A stretch of DNA of 64,000 nt. It comes from a bacterium (GTDB lineage: Bacteria > Electryoneota > RPQS01). Of this stretch, positions 9,629 through 18,364 are shown piece by piece. Position 1 is the stretch's first letter, and each line of letters starts with the position of its first letter. The stretch lies in contig JAHJDG010000009.1 in the NCBI GenBank assembly GCA_018812265.1, forward strand, positions 5,042-69,041, in the 5' to 3' direction. The notes below the pieces were generated by a model. It saw nothing but the letters and a program-made list of their open reading frames with translations, searched no databases and was not told the DNA's origin. The position numbers were made by a program, and so were the translations under genes.

Positions 9629-10522
9629 TTAAACCACGTTGCCGGCGAACTGCTCAAAACGGACCATGGCCAGTCCCATCGAATTCACGATGCGCTTGAC
9701 CACTTCCATGCGATCCGCAAAATCCTGCGAATTGATCGTTTCCTTGAAAGCGAGATTCCGCTTCCGTTCCGAGTCATAGGCTTCCAGAACAAGCCGCACG
9801 CCCGGGGATGCCGACTCGTCCGACGACAGACGTTCCATGTTGTACTTCAGAGTGGTCACCTCACAAGCCGCCACCTGCTTCAGGAACGTCATCAGCGATT
9901 CATTGTCGTATCGTCCGCCGCTGCCGCTGAAGATCCCCGGAATCACTCGATAAACCGCCCGCCCTTCCGCATCGAAGGGAGCGGGAACGACCGAGTGCTT
10001 GTCGGGCCACTCATGATAGCTGTTCTCATCCATCAAGAGTGAGTTCGGCGCGCAGCGCAGCGCCAACCCGCTGGCCCGCGGGATGAGCGCCGAACGCCGG
10101 ATACTCCGCACCGATCCCGGCGCCAATGTGTCGAGACCCGTGGCCAATCCCATCTTCACCGCAAACCGAAGCGAAAGCCGCTCATACCGTCCGTTGAGTT
10201 CCGGCAAACCGCTGAGCAGCGCCGCCGACGTCCGGCCCGCGTCCGTCACGGTGTTGAACAGCACCACGCTGACCTCCGGCGAAAACGTCAGCACCGCTCC
10301 GCCGCCCTGCGCCGCGCTGCCGGTCACGTACCGGCGAGCGTCCTGCGCGAAACGCGTTAAGTCCGGCAGATTCGGCGTCTGCAGGATCGGCTTGTCGGTC
10401 TGAATCGCCAACACCGAGTAGTTCCGCCGGTATCGCTCTTTGCGACGCTCCAACTCCTGCTCCAAAAACAGGATCTCTTCAAGCGTCAGTGTATTCAGGA
10501 ATATGGGTAGTCTGCTGCGCAT
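9629..10522 (-). CDS. Hypothetical protein embedded in the pilus operon between pilB and pilT.
   Basis: 297-aa ORF. Its start overlaps the pilB stop by 14 nt and its stop lies 30 nt before pilT. No recognisable motif. N-terminal coiled-coil-like LEQELERRKERYRR. Confidence 0.6.
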   Translation of the reverse strand: MRSRLPIFLNTLTLEEILFLEQELERRKERYRRNYSVLAIQTDKPILQTPNLPDLTRFAQDARRYVTGSAAQGGGAVLTFSPEVSVVLFNTVTDAGRTSAALLSGLPELNGRYERLSLRFAVKMGLATGLDTLAPGSVRSIRRSALIPRASGLALRCAPNSLLMDENSYHEWPDKHSVVPAPFDAEGRAVYRVIPGIFSGSGGRYDNESLMTFLKQVAACEVTTLKYNMERLSSDESASPGVRLVLEAYDSERKRNLAFKETINSQDFADRMEVVKRIVNSMGLAMVRFEQFAGNVV

Positions 10523-10535
10523 ACAACGCTACCTG

Positions 10536-12230
10536 TCAGATTTCACCGGTAACACGAAGCACTTCATCTATGGTGGTAATGCCCCGCTCAAACTTCTTGA
10601 TCGCGCCCGTGCGCAGTGTGAGCATACCGTCCTCAACGGAAGCCGCCTCCAGTTCGGCGGTGGTCCTTCCGTCCAGGATCATCGTCCGTATTTTCGGAGT
10701 GATGGGCATGACTTCGTAAATTCCCGTCCGCCCGCGATATCCCGTGCTGTTGCATTCGATGCACCCCGCGCCCCGGTAGAACGTGTGCCCCTGATAGGCC
10801 TGCGGATCGAGATTGATCTCACGCAACGCTTCCGGATGAATTTCGGTCTCGGTCTTGCACTTCATGCAGATCTTCCGAATCAAGCGCTGAGCCACCAGGA
10901 GCGACAGAGACGACGACACCAGAAAACGCTCCACTCCCATGTCCACCAATCGCGAAATCGTCGCTGCGGCTGAGTTGGTATGTAAGGTCGTGAGCACCAG
11001 ATGGCCCGTGAGGGCCGCCCGCACTGCGATCGAGGCCGTCTCCAAGTCACGAACCTCGCCGATCATGATGATATCCGGGTCCTGTCGCAGAAACGCTCGC
11101 AGCGCCGTGGCGAACGTCAGTCCCACTTCGTCGCGAACCAGCACCTGATTCAACCCGGAGAAGTTGTATTCGACCGGATCCTCGGCGCTCATCGTATTCA
11201 CCGTCGGAACGTTCAACTTGGAAAGCACGCTGTAGAGCGTGGTCGTTTTGCCGGAACCGGTGGGACCCGTAACCAGCAGCATTCCGTAGGGCAAGCGGAT
11301 CGCGCGTTCGAAGTCCGCCAGCGCCTTCTCCTCGAATCCGAAGGTGGTCAAATCGAGTGTCAGATTCGTCTTGTCGAGAATCCGCATCACCACCTTCTCG
11401 CCGAACAGCGTGGGCAGCGTGGACACCCGCAAGTCAATCGTACGATCCGACAGCTTCATCTTGATGTGTCCGTCCTGCGGCACGCGGCGCTCGGCGATGT
11501 TAAGGTTCGCCATGATCTTGGCCCGCGAAATCAGGGCGTTCCGCATGTGATACGGCGGCGACATGACTTCCGTCAGCATGCCGTCCACCCGGAAGCGAAC
11601 CCGAAGCTGGTATTCATACGGCTCGACGTGAATGTCCGATGCGCCGCGATGCACCGCGTCGGCGATGATCCCGTCCAGCAGCTTGACGACCGGCGCCGCC
11701 TCGATATCCTCACTAAGTTTGTCCGCTTCCGCATCATCGCTGTCCTGAATCACCTCGGCCGCGACGTCGTCTCCGATGTCGCGCAGAATCTTGTCCAGCG
11801 TTCCACCCAGATGATAGTAGAGCTCGATGGCCCGGAAGAATTGCGTTTCCGTCGCGACGACCGGCTGCACGTTGAGTCCCGTGATGAACTTGATGTCCTC
11901 GATGACGAAATCAATACTCGGATCCACCAGCGCCACCTTGAGCGTCTTGCCGTTGCGTTGAACCGGCAACACCTGGTGCTTCTGGATGAACTCGGGCGAC
12001 AGCAGTTTCCGTACATTCTCCGAAATCTCGGCCGCTTCCAGATCAACGACCGGCAAATCGTAGTAGCTGGCCAGAAACGAAGCGACCTGAACTTCATCCA
12101 CCACTCCAAGTTTGCAGAGCTCGGTTACCACCGAGTTCCCCGAGTCCTTCTGCCTCGACTTGAACAAAAGGAACTGCTCCTGAGTGATGATGTTGTTGTT
12201 CAGGAGAAGGTTAGGAAGGCGCGAGTTCAT
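10536..12230 (-). CDS. pilB: Type IV pilus assembly ATPase PilB (GspE family).
   Basis: 564 aa. N-terminal GspE_N domain. Walker A GPTGSGKTTTLYS. Tetracysteine Zn motif CMKCK...CIECNSTGYRGRTGIYEV. Confidence 0.9.
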   Translation of the reverse strand: MNSRLPNLLLNNNIITQEQFLLFKSRQKDSGNSVVTELCKLGVVDEVQVASFLASYYDLPVVDLEAAEISENVRKLLSPEFIQKHQVLPVQRNGKTLKVALVDPSIDFVIEDIKFITGLNVQPVVATETQFFRAIELYYHLGGTLDKILRDIGDDVAAEVIQDSDDAEADKLSEDIEAAPVVKLLDGIIADAVHRGASDIHVEPYEYQLRVRFRVDGMLTEVMSPPYHMRNALISRAKIMANLNIAERRVPQDGHIKMKLSDRTIDLRVSTLPTLFGEKVVMRILDKTNLTLDLTTFGFEEKALADFERAIRLPYGMLLVTGPTGSGKTTTLYSVLSKLNVPTVNTMSAEDPVEYNFSGLNQVLVRDEVGLTFATALRAFLRQDPDIIMIGEVRDLETASIAVRAALTGHLVLTTLHTNSAAATISRLVDMGVERFLVSSSLSLLVAQRLIRKICMKCKTETEIHPEALREINLDPQAYQGHTFYRGAGCIECNSTGYRGRTGIYEVMPITPKIRTMILDGRTTAELEAASVEDGMLTLRTGAIKKFERGITTIDEVLRVTGEI

Positions 12231-12533
12231 TGAGCGAGAGTTTCGTTTCCGTTAATCATCCGGTCAAGCATCCTGCAATGGATCGAGTTCTCGCTTTGCA
12301 AAACGCATACCACGCCCGACCGTGAATGGAATCCTGCAAGGGCCGCCAATGGGAACGTTTCTTCCCTGTGCGTCAGGATTTCCCGTTCGGTTTCCCTTCG
12401 CCACCCTCGGTTCCGCTGCGCCGCCGGGACGTTGCGAGATGGAAACCAAAACGCGAAGCGGTCGGTTGAGTTCCGGCGGGCCGCGACGAACCGGTTGCGT
12501 TCTTGCGACACGGCGCGGAGAATCGGTCAGACA

Positions 12534-12562
12534 CGAGAAAGCCCCGGCGCTGCGTCCGGGGC
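12534..12562 (-). terminator. Intrinsic-terminator-like hairpin after ychF.
   Basis: GCCCCGG-CGCTGCGT-CCGGGGC stem, followed on the minus strand by TTTCTCG, ~30 nt after the ychF stop. Confidence 0.5.
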
Positions 12563-12591
12563 TTCTCGCAATCGAAATCGAGTGGCGCGTA

Positions 12592-13671
12592 TCAACCACT
12601 GTGGCGGATCAGCAGGATGTCTCCGTCCTTGACCGGGTACTCTTTGCCTTCGAGCCGCAACAGGCCTTTTGCTTTACAGTGTGAATATCCGCCTTCGCGG
12701 GTGAAATCATCGAAGTGCACGACCTCGGCCCGGATGAAGCCGCGCGCCAAGTCGGTATGGACTGCGGCGGCGGCATCTAGAGCCGTTTCACCGTTTCGCA
12801 GCGGCCAGGCCCGGTTCTCCTTGTCGTTGGTGGTCAAGAACGTTATCAAGTCCATCATGCCGAAGCTCGCCTTCAGGACTCGCTCGCGGGCGAGCTCGGT
12901 CACTCCGATGTCTTCCATGAACACGGCTCGCGCCTCCGGTTCGAGACGCGCGATCTCACCTTCCAGATTTGCCGAAAGGGCGATGGCCGTGATTTGATGG
13001 GGATTGAGCTTGCTATGAAGATCGGCAAGGCTCGCTTCGGCCTCTGGCAGTGCGTTTTCGGCGGCGTTGATCACAGCCAGCGCGGGCTTCTCCGAGAGGA
13101 ATTGGAATCCGCGCAGTCGCTTCTTCTCGAACGGATCCAGAACCATTTTCCGCAGCGGCGTACCGGCCGCGAGTTGTTCGTTCGCCCGCTGCAACAGGCC
13201 CACTTCGAGTTGATCCTCGGTCGTCAGCACCTTGACTTTGCGTTGTCGCTCCAACCGTTCGAGTCGCTTCTCGAGGATAATGAGATCGGACAGGATCAGT
13301 TCATCCTGCACGGCCAGCACGTCGCGCAGCGGATCGAGCGGCTCAGAGATTTCATCGGCTCCGAAGGCGCGCGCGACGATGAGCAGCGCGTCGGTGTATT
13401 TGACGCCGCCATCGAGCGCGGCGGTGAACCAGTCGGATTTGGCCGCGCCCGCATCGAAGGCGGGAGCATCCACGTACTCGACGGTCACGCAGGTTCGCTT
13501 GTGCGAGCCGGTGATGTCGGCCACCTTGTCCACGCGCTCATCGGGGACGTGAGTCACACCCTGTTGCACTTCGTGTTTGAAGGTGGCGGCGGGATCCGGT
13601 TCGGTTCCGGTGAGCAGGTGGAAGGTGGTGGTCTTACCCGACCGCGACTTTCCGATGAGGCCGATTTTCAT
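12592..13671 (-). CDS. ychF: Ribosome-associated ATPase YchF/OLA1 family (divergent G1 loop) with a C-terminal TGS/DUF933 domain.
   Basis: P-loop GKSRSGKTT. C-terminus ITFLTTNDKENRAWPLRNGETALDAAAAVHTDLARGFIRAEVVHFDDF...VKDGDIL, matching the YchF C-domain. Confidence 0.75.
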   Translation of the reverse strand: MKIGLIGKSRSGKTTTFHLLTGTEPDPAATFKHEVQQGVTHVPDERVDKVADITGSHKRTCVTVEYVDAPAFDAGAAKSDWFTAALDGGVKYTDALLIVARAFGADEISEPLDPLRDVLAVQDELILSDLIILEKRLERLERQRKVKVLTTEDQLEVGLLQRANEQLAAGTPLRKMVLDPFEKKRLRGFQFLSEKPALAVINAAENALPEAEASLADLHSKLNPHQITAIALSANLEGEIARLEPEARAVFMEDIGVTELARERVLKASFGMMDLITFLTTNDKENRAWPLRNGETALDAAAAVHTDLARGFIRAEVVHFDDFTREGGYSHCKAKGLLRLEGKEYPVKDGDILLIRHSG

Positions 13672-14064
13672 TGAGGTAGTAACGGAAAATGTTTTTTGAC
13701 CAAACGAACTTCGTTACCTAATAAAAATACTGAAATTCTGAAACGCTGAAAACCTAGCTATTTCGGGGAATTGAGCCATAGGGCGGGGAGAATTCAGGAG
13801 CAAGGGGAGCAGGCGGGAATAGTAGTCTATTTGAGACAAGATATGTTGAGGAGGCGAGAAAGTCAAGGAAAATTGAGAATACGTTCAAATGGCGGTTGGA
13901 TCGCTGTTTTGGGGGAATTGGCATTGGAGATAGTAAAGGAAGATGTTCTGAAGAGAGGCGATGAGGGAAATCCAAAATCCGAAGCAACACCCTTCTTGTA
14001 TTCCCCCCAAAACGAAGATTTGGGGGAAAGGAATGCATCAGTAGTCATCCGTCTGTAAACAGGG

Positions 14065-14160
14065 AGAGAAGCGCACTGCCGTGCGGCACTACAGCAAGGG
14101 GGAGCGCATATCCATGCGGTGCTACAAAGATTAAGGCCAGGCGAGCGCCCGGATCGGCGG
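14065..14160. repeat. Repeat cluster A: two units of a degenerate ~28-nt family, plus a ~100-nt segment homologous to 15800..15880.
   Basis: GCGCACTGCCGTGCGGCACTACAGCAAGG and GCGCATATCCATGCGGTGCTACAAAGATT, compared with GCGCACGCAGTGCAGCCCTACAAAGG and GCGCATATCCATGCGGCGCTACGAAGATT in cluster B. Confidence 0.7.
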
Positions 14161-14222
14161 TCTCAGGGGGATGTTGGGCCGGAGGCCCGACCCAGGGGAG
14201 AGAAAGATCTCAACACAGGCGG

Positions 14223-15680
14223 CTATTTCAACAATACCATTTTCCGCGCTTGAGAAAATCCTTCGCTTTGAAGAAGGTACAGATAGACTCCCGAAGCCAG
14301 AGCGGAGCCGTCGAAGGAAAGCGTGTGAATGCCGGTGGGTTGAATACCGTCTGCAAGAGTTGCGATTTGTTCGCCCAGGAGATTGAAGACGGTTAGCCTG
14401 ACGTGCGCAGCCTTGGGAAGAGCATAGGAGATTCGTGTGGACGGATTAAAGGGATTGGGGAAGTTGGGATAGAGCATGTATTGGCTCGGCGCGCTTAGGC
14501 AGATCGGTTCGCTGTCCAGTTGATCGGGACCCGTCTTGACCAGATAAAAATCGCGGGAGCCAGCCCCGAACGACTCGGTGTATCCGGCCATGATATAGCC
14601 GCCATCAGAGGTCTGCTGAACGGACTGGGCTTCATCCCAGGTGTTCCCTCCAAAGGTGCGCGTCCACAACAAGCCCCCTTGACTGTTCGTCTTGACCAGA
14701 TAGAGATCATTCGAGGCTGCACTGAGAGAATAGGTGTATCCGGCTATGATATAGCCTGCGTCGGTAGTTTGCTGAACGGAATAGCCGTACTCCCAGCTAC
14801 TCCCGCCATACGTGCGCGTCCAGAGCGTGTCGCCGAGGCTATCCGTCTTCACGAGATAGAAATCGTAGAGGCCCGCGCCAAACGACTCGGCATATCCCGC
14901 CACGATATAACCTCGGTCGGTGGTCTGCAGAACGAAAAGGGCTTCATCCCGGCTCCCCCCTCCATAGGTGCGCGTCCATACCGTATCGCCGAGGCTGTTC
15001 GTCTTCACCAGATAGAGATCATAGTTGCCCGCGCCAAAGGAAAAGGTGGTTCCCGCCAGGACATAACCACCGTCGGCGGTCTGCCGAACGGACCACGCTC
15101 CATCCGAAGCGCTCCCGCCATAGGTGCGCGTCCAGAGCGTATCGCCTTGACTATTCGTCTTCACCAGATAGACGTCGCTCCGGCCTGCACCGAAAGAGTC
15201 GGTCCATCCCGCCACGATGTAGCCGCCGTCGGAGGTTCGCTGAACGGAGTAGGCGTAATCATTGTCGGTTCCCCCGTAGGTGCGCGTCCAGAGCGTATCG
15301 CCTTGACTGTTCGTCTTCACCAGATAGAAATCGGCAAGGCCCGCGCCACGGGAGTGAGTGTATCCGGCCACGATGTAGCCGCCGTCGGAGGTCTGCTGAA
15401 TGAAATAGGCCCAATCATCGTTGGTTCCCCCATAGGTGCGCGTCCAGAGGGTGTCGCCGAGGCTATTCGTCTTGACCAGATAGAAGTCATGGCCGCCCGC
15501 CCCGAAGGATCCCGTGACTCCCGCCACGATGAAGCCACCGTCGGAGGTCTGCTGGATGGAGTAGGCCCAATCGTAGCCGCTCCCGCCAAAGGTATGTGTC
15601 CAGAGGGTGTCGGGATTGGGCTGGGCACCAGCCGTAACAAGCAAGGACAGCATGAAAACGAGAACGGTGATTGTCTTCAT
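14223..15680 (-). CDS. Secreted beta-propeller repeat protein (10 x ~48-aa SBBP-like blades) with a T9SS (Por) C-terminal sorting domain.
   Basis: Signal peptide MKTITVLVFMLSLLVTAGAQP preceded by GGGGAGG. The start was moved in from 15842 because the upstream extension lies in the repeat cluster. Ten repeats of TLWTRTYGG..D.A.SVQQTSDGGYIVAG.T.SFGAG..D.YLVKTNS.GD. CTD YPNFPNPFNPSTRISYAL...GVYLYLLQ...KMVLLK. Confidence 0.8.
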   Translation of the reverse strand: MKTITVLVFMLSLLVTAGAQPNPDTLWTHTFGGSGYDWAYSIQQTSDGGFIVAGVTGSFGAGGHDFYLVKTNSLGDTLWTRTYGGTNDDWAYFIQQTSDGGYIVAGYTHSRGAGLADFYLVKTNSQGDTLWTRTYGGTDNDYAYSVQRTSDGGYIVAGWTDSFGAGRSDVYLVKTNSQGDTLWTRTYGGSASDGAWSVRQTADGGYVLAGTTFSFGAGNYDLYLVKTNSLGDTVWTRTYGGGSRDEALFVLQTTDRGYIVAGYAESFGAGLYDFYLVKTDSLGDTLWTRTYGGSSWEYGYSVQQTTDAGYIIAGYTYSLSAASNDLYLVKTNSQGGLLWTRTFGGNTWDEAQSVQQTSDGGYIMAGYTESFGAGSRDFYLVKTGPDQLDSEPICLSAPSQYMLYPNFPNPFNPSTRISYALPKAAHVRLTVFNLLGEQIATLADGIQPTGIHTLSFDGSALASGVYLYLLQSEGFSQARKMVLLK

Positions 15681-15744
15681 GTCAGAACCTCCCCAATTGG
15701 TTAATTCCAATGTACGCACGAAATCCGCGATTGTCAACGGCGTA

Positions 15745-16175
15745 GGCGCGATGAATCGGGCCCCTACAACAACACACTGCCGTGTGGAACTACGAACGGA
15801 TAGAAGCGCACGCAGTGCAGCCCTACAAAGGCGCATATCCATGCGGCGCTACGAAGATTCGGGCTCGGCGGGCAGACGGGCACGATAAATCGGCCCCTAC
15901 AATAACACACTGCTGTGTGAAACTACGGATTCGCAGAGGCGCTCCCCCCCCTGCCCCCCCGTAAACGGAGGGGGGAAAGAATAGCCCGTTCCACGTGGAA
16001 CGGGCCGAATCCTGCACAGGAGAGGTTTGTTGCGGCTCACGCGTCGCTTCGCTCCCCCCTTGATCCCCCCATAGAATGGGGGGAGACAAGAAAAAGCACG
16101 ATGCAATCGGCTCCCGCAAGCATATCCATGCGGCGCTACCCCCCCCTGCCCCCCCGTAAACGGAGGGGGGAATAA
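15745..16175. repeat. Repeat cluster B: at least 6 degenerate ~28-nt units, a 46-bp direct repeat pair, a 22-bp perfect palindrome, and two identical 33-nt poly-C/G hairpin elements.
   Basis: 15750-15795 matches 15883-15928 at ~89% identity. CCCCCCCCTGCCCCCCCGTAAACGGAGGGGGGAA is identical at 15944-15976 and 16139-16171. GCCCGTTCCACGTGGAACGGGC lies at 15981-16002. TCCCCCC-ATAGAAT-GGGGGGA lies at ~16064-16084. Confidence 0.75.
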
Positions 16176-16179
16176 ATCA

Positions 16180-16653
16180 CTATTGGCAGCAGTTGGCGAG
16201 GCGGACGAAGTCCTCTTCAATCGTCTGGACGTGCGTGTCCAAAGCTGAGGGAGCACCACCGTAGCAGATTTCCTTCAGCTTCTTGCAGTTGCGCACCAAA
16301 TCCTTGGCGGCACGGCGATACTGCTTGTAGTTCATGCCATCGCAGCAGGGCTTGGCCTTCAGGACGTCACGGGCGGCGGCATACAAAGCGGCGGAAGACT
16401 CACGCACATAGGAAAACTCGCTGCTCTTGCGGGCCTCCATCACGGGAATCAGTTTGCCGTGGAACTGTTGAAGAGACGGCGGAGCGCAGTCGGGCATGTA
16501 GTAGGCGCTGGTGTAGTCATAGGCCGCCTTCGGAGTCTCGCACGAAGCCTTGCTCTTGCCGCAGGTACGCGCGCACGACTTGGCGCAGCCTTCTCCGGCC
16601 AATGACACCGACACGGCCAGTAGAACGATCAGAGAAACCAGAAAAGATTTCAT
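16180..16653 (-). CDS. Small secreted cysteine-rich protein (11 Cys in a ~137-aa mature chain). Function unknown.
   Basis: Signal peptide MKSFLVSLIVLLAVSVSLAGEG. C-x3-C-x3-C-x6-C cluster, two CC pairs and a C-terminal NCCQ. Confidence 0.6.
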   Translation of the reverse strand: MKSFLVSLIVLLAVSVSLAGEGCAKSCARTCGKSKASCETPKAAYDYTSAYYMPDCAPPSLQQFHGKLIPVMEARKSSEFSYVRESSAALYAAARDVLKAKPCCDGMNYKQYRRAAKDLVRNCKKLKEICYGGAPSALDTHVQTIEEDFVRLANCCQ

Positions 16654-16732
16654 GGGATCAACCCCTGTTGGATTTTTTGCAAGTTGGGCCTAATATAGCA
16701 CTTCGAGAAAAGAAACGCAAGCAGCATCAGCC

Positions 16733-17779
16733 CTATTCCGTTGGATGCTGCAAGACTTGATCCTTTTCCGGGACCGGTTGAGCATCAGCGGATTCGGGAG
16801 ATTCTCCGTTCCGGAGAGCCGTACGAAGAGCCGTAACGGCGACTTCGCACATGGCCGGATCAGGCTCTTGAGTGGTGATTTTCTGGAGCCATAGACCGGG
16901 TTGGATTGCCACTTTAACCAGCCGATTTTCGGTATGTTTGGCTGAGAACTTTAATATTTCATATGAAATCCCGGCGACCAGCGGGACCAGCGGCAAATGG
17001 ACGGCGAAGCGGGCCAAGACGCTCGGATAGTCCCCCCACACGGCGGTCACGATGCTGTCCACGATGGCGAAGAAGATGATGGCCGAGAGAGCAACGATCA
17101 GGAGGAAGCTGGTGCCGCAGCGGGGATGGAAACGGGTGTGTTTGAGGACCCGGTCGGCAGACAGTTCATCGCCCTTCTCGAAGGCGAAGATGGTCTTGTG
17201 CTCGGAACCGTGGTATTGAAAGACCCGGTGAATGTCCTTCCAGAAGGAGATCGCCCACATGTAGCCGAGGAGGATTAGGACCCGTACGGCCCCGGCCACG
17301 ATGTTGAGTCCGATCTGACCGGCTGCCGAGAGTTCGCTGCCATGGCTGCCGACGGCGGTCCGCCCCACCCACAGAGGGAAGTATAGAAACAGAGCCAGAG
17401 CGATAACGGTGGCCAGCAACATCGTTCCGGCGAGGGTCAGGCGATCTTTGGCTTTGGATTTCGGCTTGGCGGCTTCCTCTTCCGGCGCGGCCTGTTCGGC
17501 CGACCAGTTGAGGGCTCCGATGCCAATCTTCAGCGACTCGACCAGTCCGACGGCTCCCCGAATGACAGGCTGGCCGATCCATTTCTTGCGCTTGGCGAGA
17601 GGAGTGTATGGAAAAGTGCGGACGGCGATCTCGCCATTGGGTTTGCGGACGGCCACGGCTACGCGGTGGGGACTGCGCATCATGACGCCCTCGATTACCG
17701 CTTGCCCGCCCATAGCCAGTTCGGTGGACAGATCGGCGGCGGACTCGGATTCTATGCGGGGGTCTCGATCAGTACTCAC
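16733..17779 (-). CDS. DUF1385 (YqhQ-like) integral membrane protein.
   Basis: GGQAVIEGVMMRSP and the FQYHGSEHK signature, with multiple TM helices. Confidence 0.75.
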   Translation of the reverse strand: MSTDRDPRIESESAADLSTELAMGGQAVIEGVMMRSPHRVAVAVRKPNGEIAVRTFPYTPLAKRKKWIGQPVIRGAVGLVESLKIGIGALNWSAEQAAPEEEAAKPKSKAKDRLTLAGTMLLATVIALALFLYFPLWVGRTAVGSHGSELSAAGQIGLNIVAGAVRVLILLGYMWAISFWKDIHRVFQYHGSEHKTIFAFEKGDELSADRVLKHTRFHPRCGTSFLLIVALSAIIFFAIVDSIVTAVWGDYPSVLARFAVHLPLVPLVAGISYEILKFSAKHTENRLVKVAIQPGLWLQKITTQEPDPAMCEVAVTALRTALRNGESPESADAQPVPEKDQVLQHPTE

Positions 17780-17849
17780 GCTGAAATTTCCTGAGAAACG
17801 GGCGGCACCGCTCGGCGCCGCCCGCAGAGTTTTTCTGTACGAAGAATCT

Positions 17850-18062
17850 TTAAGCCTTAGCTTTCTTGTACTTCCGGAGGAACTTGTCCACCCGACCGGC
17901 GGTATCCACGAGCTTTTGCTGGCCGGTAAAGAAGGGGTGGCAGGCAGAACAGATTTCGACCTTCATGGAGTCGCCCGCCTGAGTGGAACGGGTCTGGAAC
18001 GTGTGTCCGCAGGCACAGTTCACGGTGATCAAGTGGTATCCGGGATGGAAGTCGTTTTTCAT
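17850..18062 (-). CDS. rpmE: 50S ribosomal protein L31.
   Basis: 70 aa [20 protein letters not shown]...[10 protein letters not shown], with the Zn-ribbon CxxC...CxxC of type A L31. Confidence 0.9.
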   Translation of the reverse strand: MKNDFHPGYHLITVNCACGHTFQTRSTQAGDSMKVEICSACHPFFTGQQKLVDTAGRVDKFLRKYKKAKA

Positions 18063-18364
18063 GATTCTGCGAAAGCGAATTGTTTGCTCACAAGTTGCAA
18101 ATATACCAAGAGTTTCTTAAGGAGTCAAGTTGCATCTTGCTCGAACATTATCGGTACTTCGTTTGCGCAGAATAACATTAACCCTAAATAAATAGATATT
18201 TAACGAGATGACGGTTGAACAAAGCAGATTCCCCTGCGAAGGTGTCTCGTCAATACGGGCACAGATATCGAGGATTTTGGGAGGCTCATTTTCTTGTGGC
18301 ATTTGTGAGCGGGAATTGCGTAGTTAAGTTGGTGTATTTCACTCAAAGAAGGAGGGTTCTCGGT

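Noticed and set aside
12231-12533. About 300-nt spacer upstream of pilB, searched for tRNA, riboswitch or sigma-54 signals.
   Set aside because: No T-loop or anticodon-arm pattern and no -24/-12 match were found. It probably holds a sigma-70-type promoter for the pilB operon plus the ychF terminator.
13754-14058. Overlapping 94/95-aa ORFs in the ychF-propeller spacer.
   Set aside because: They are low-complexity (Pro/Leu/Ser-rich or Gly/Glu/Arg-rich) translations of a purine-rich noncoding tract, with no RBS or homology features.
15681-15842. N-terminal extension of the propeller ORF (MDMRLCRAAL...) given by the ORF track.
   Set aside because: The extension reads through the extragenic repeat cluster. 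A canonical signal peptide with a strong RBS starts at 15680.
15745-16175. Possible CRISPR array, suggested by ~28-nt repeated units.
   Set aside because: The units are degenerate (60-90% identical), directly abutting or irregularly spaced, with no uniform spacers and no cas genes. This is not a CRISPR.
18284-18310. TGGCAT...TTGC-like string upstream of the esterase, as a possible sigma-54 promoter.
   Set aside because: GG to GC spacing is ~18 nt rather than 10, so it does not fit the -24/-12 geometry.
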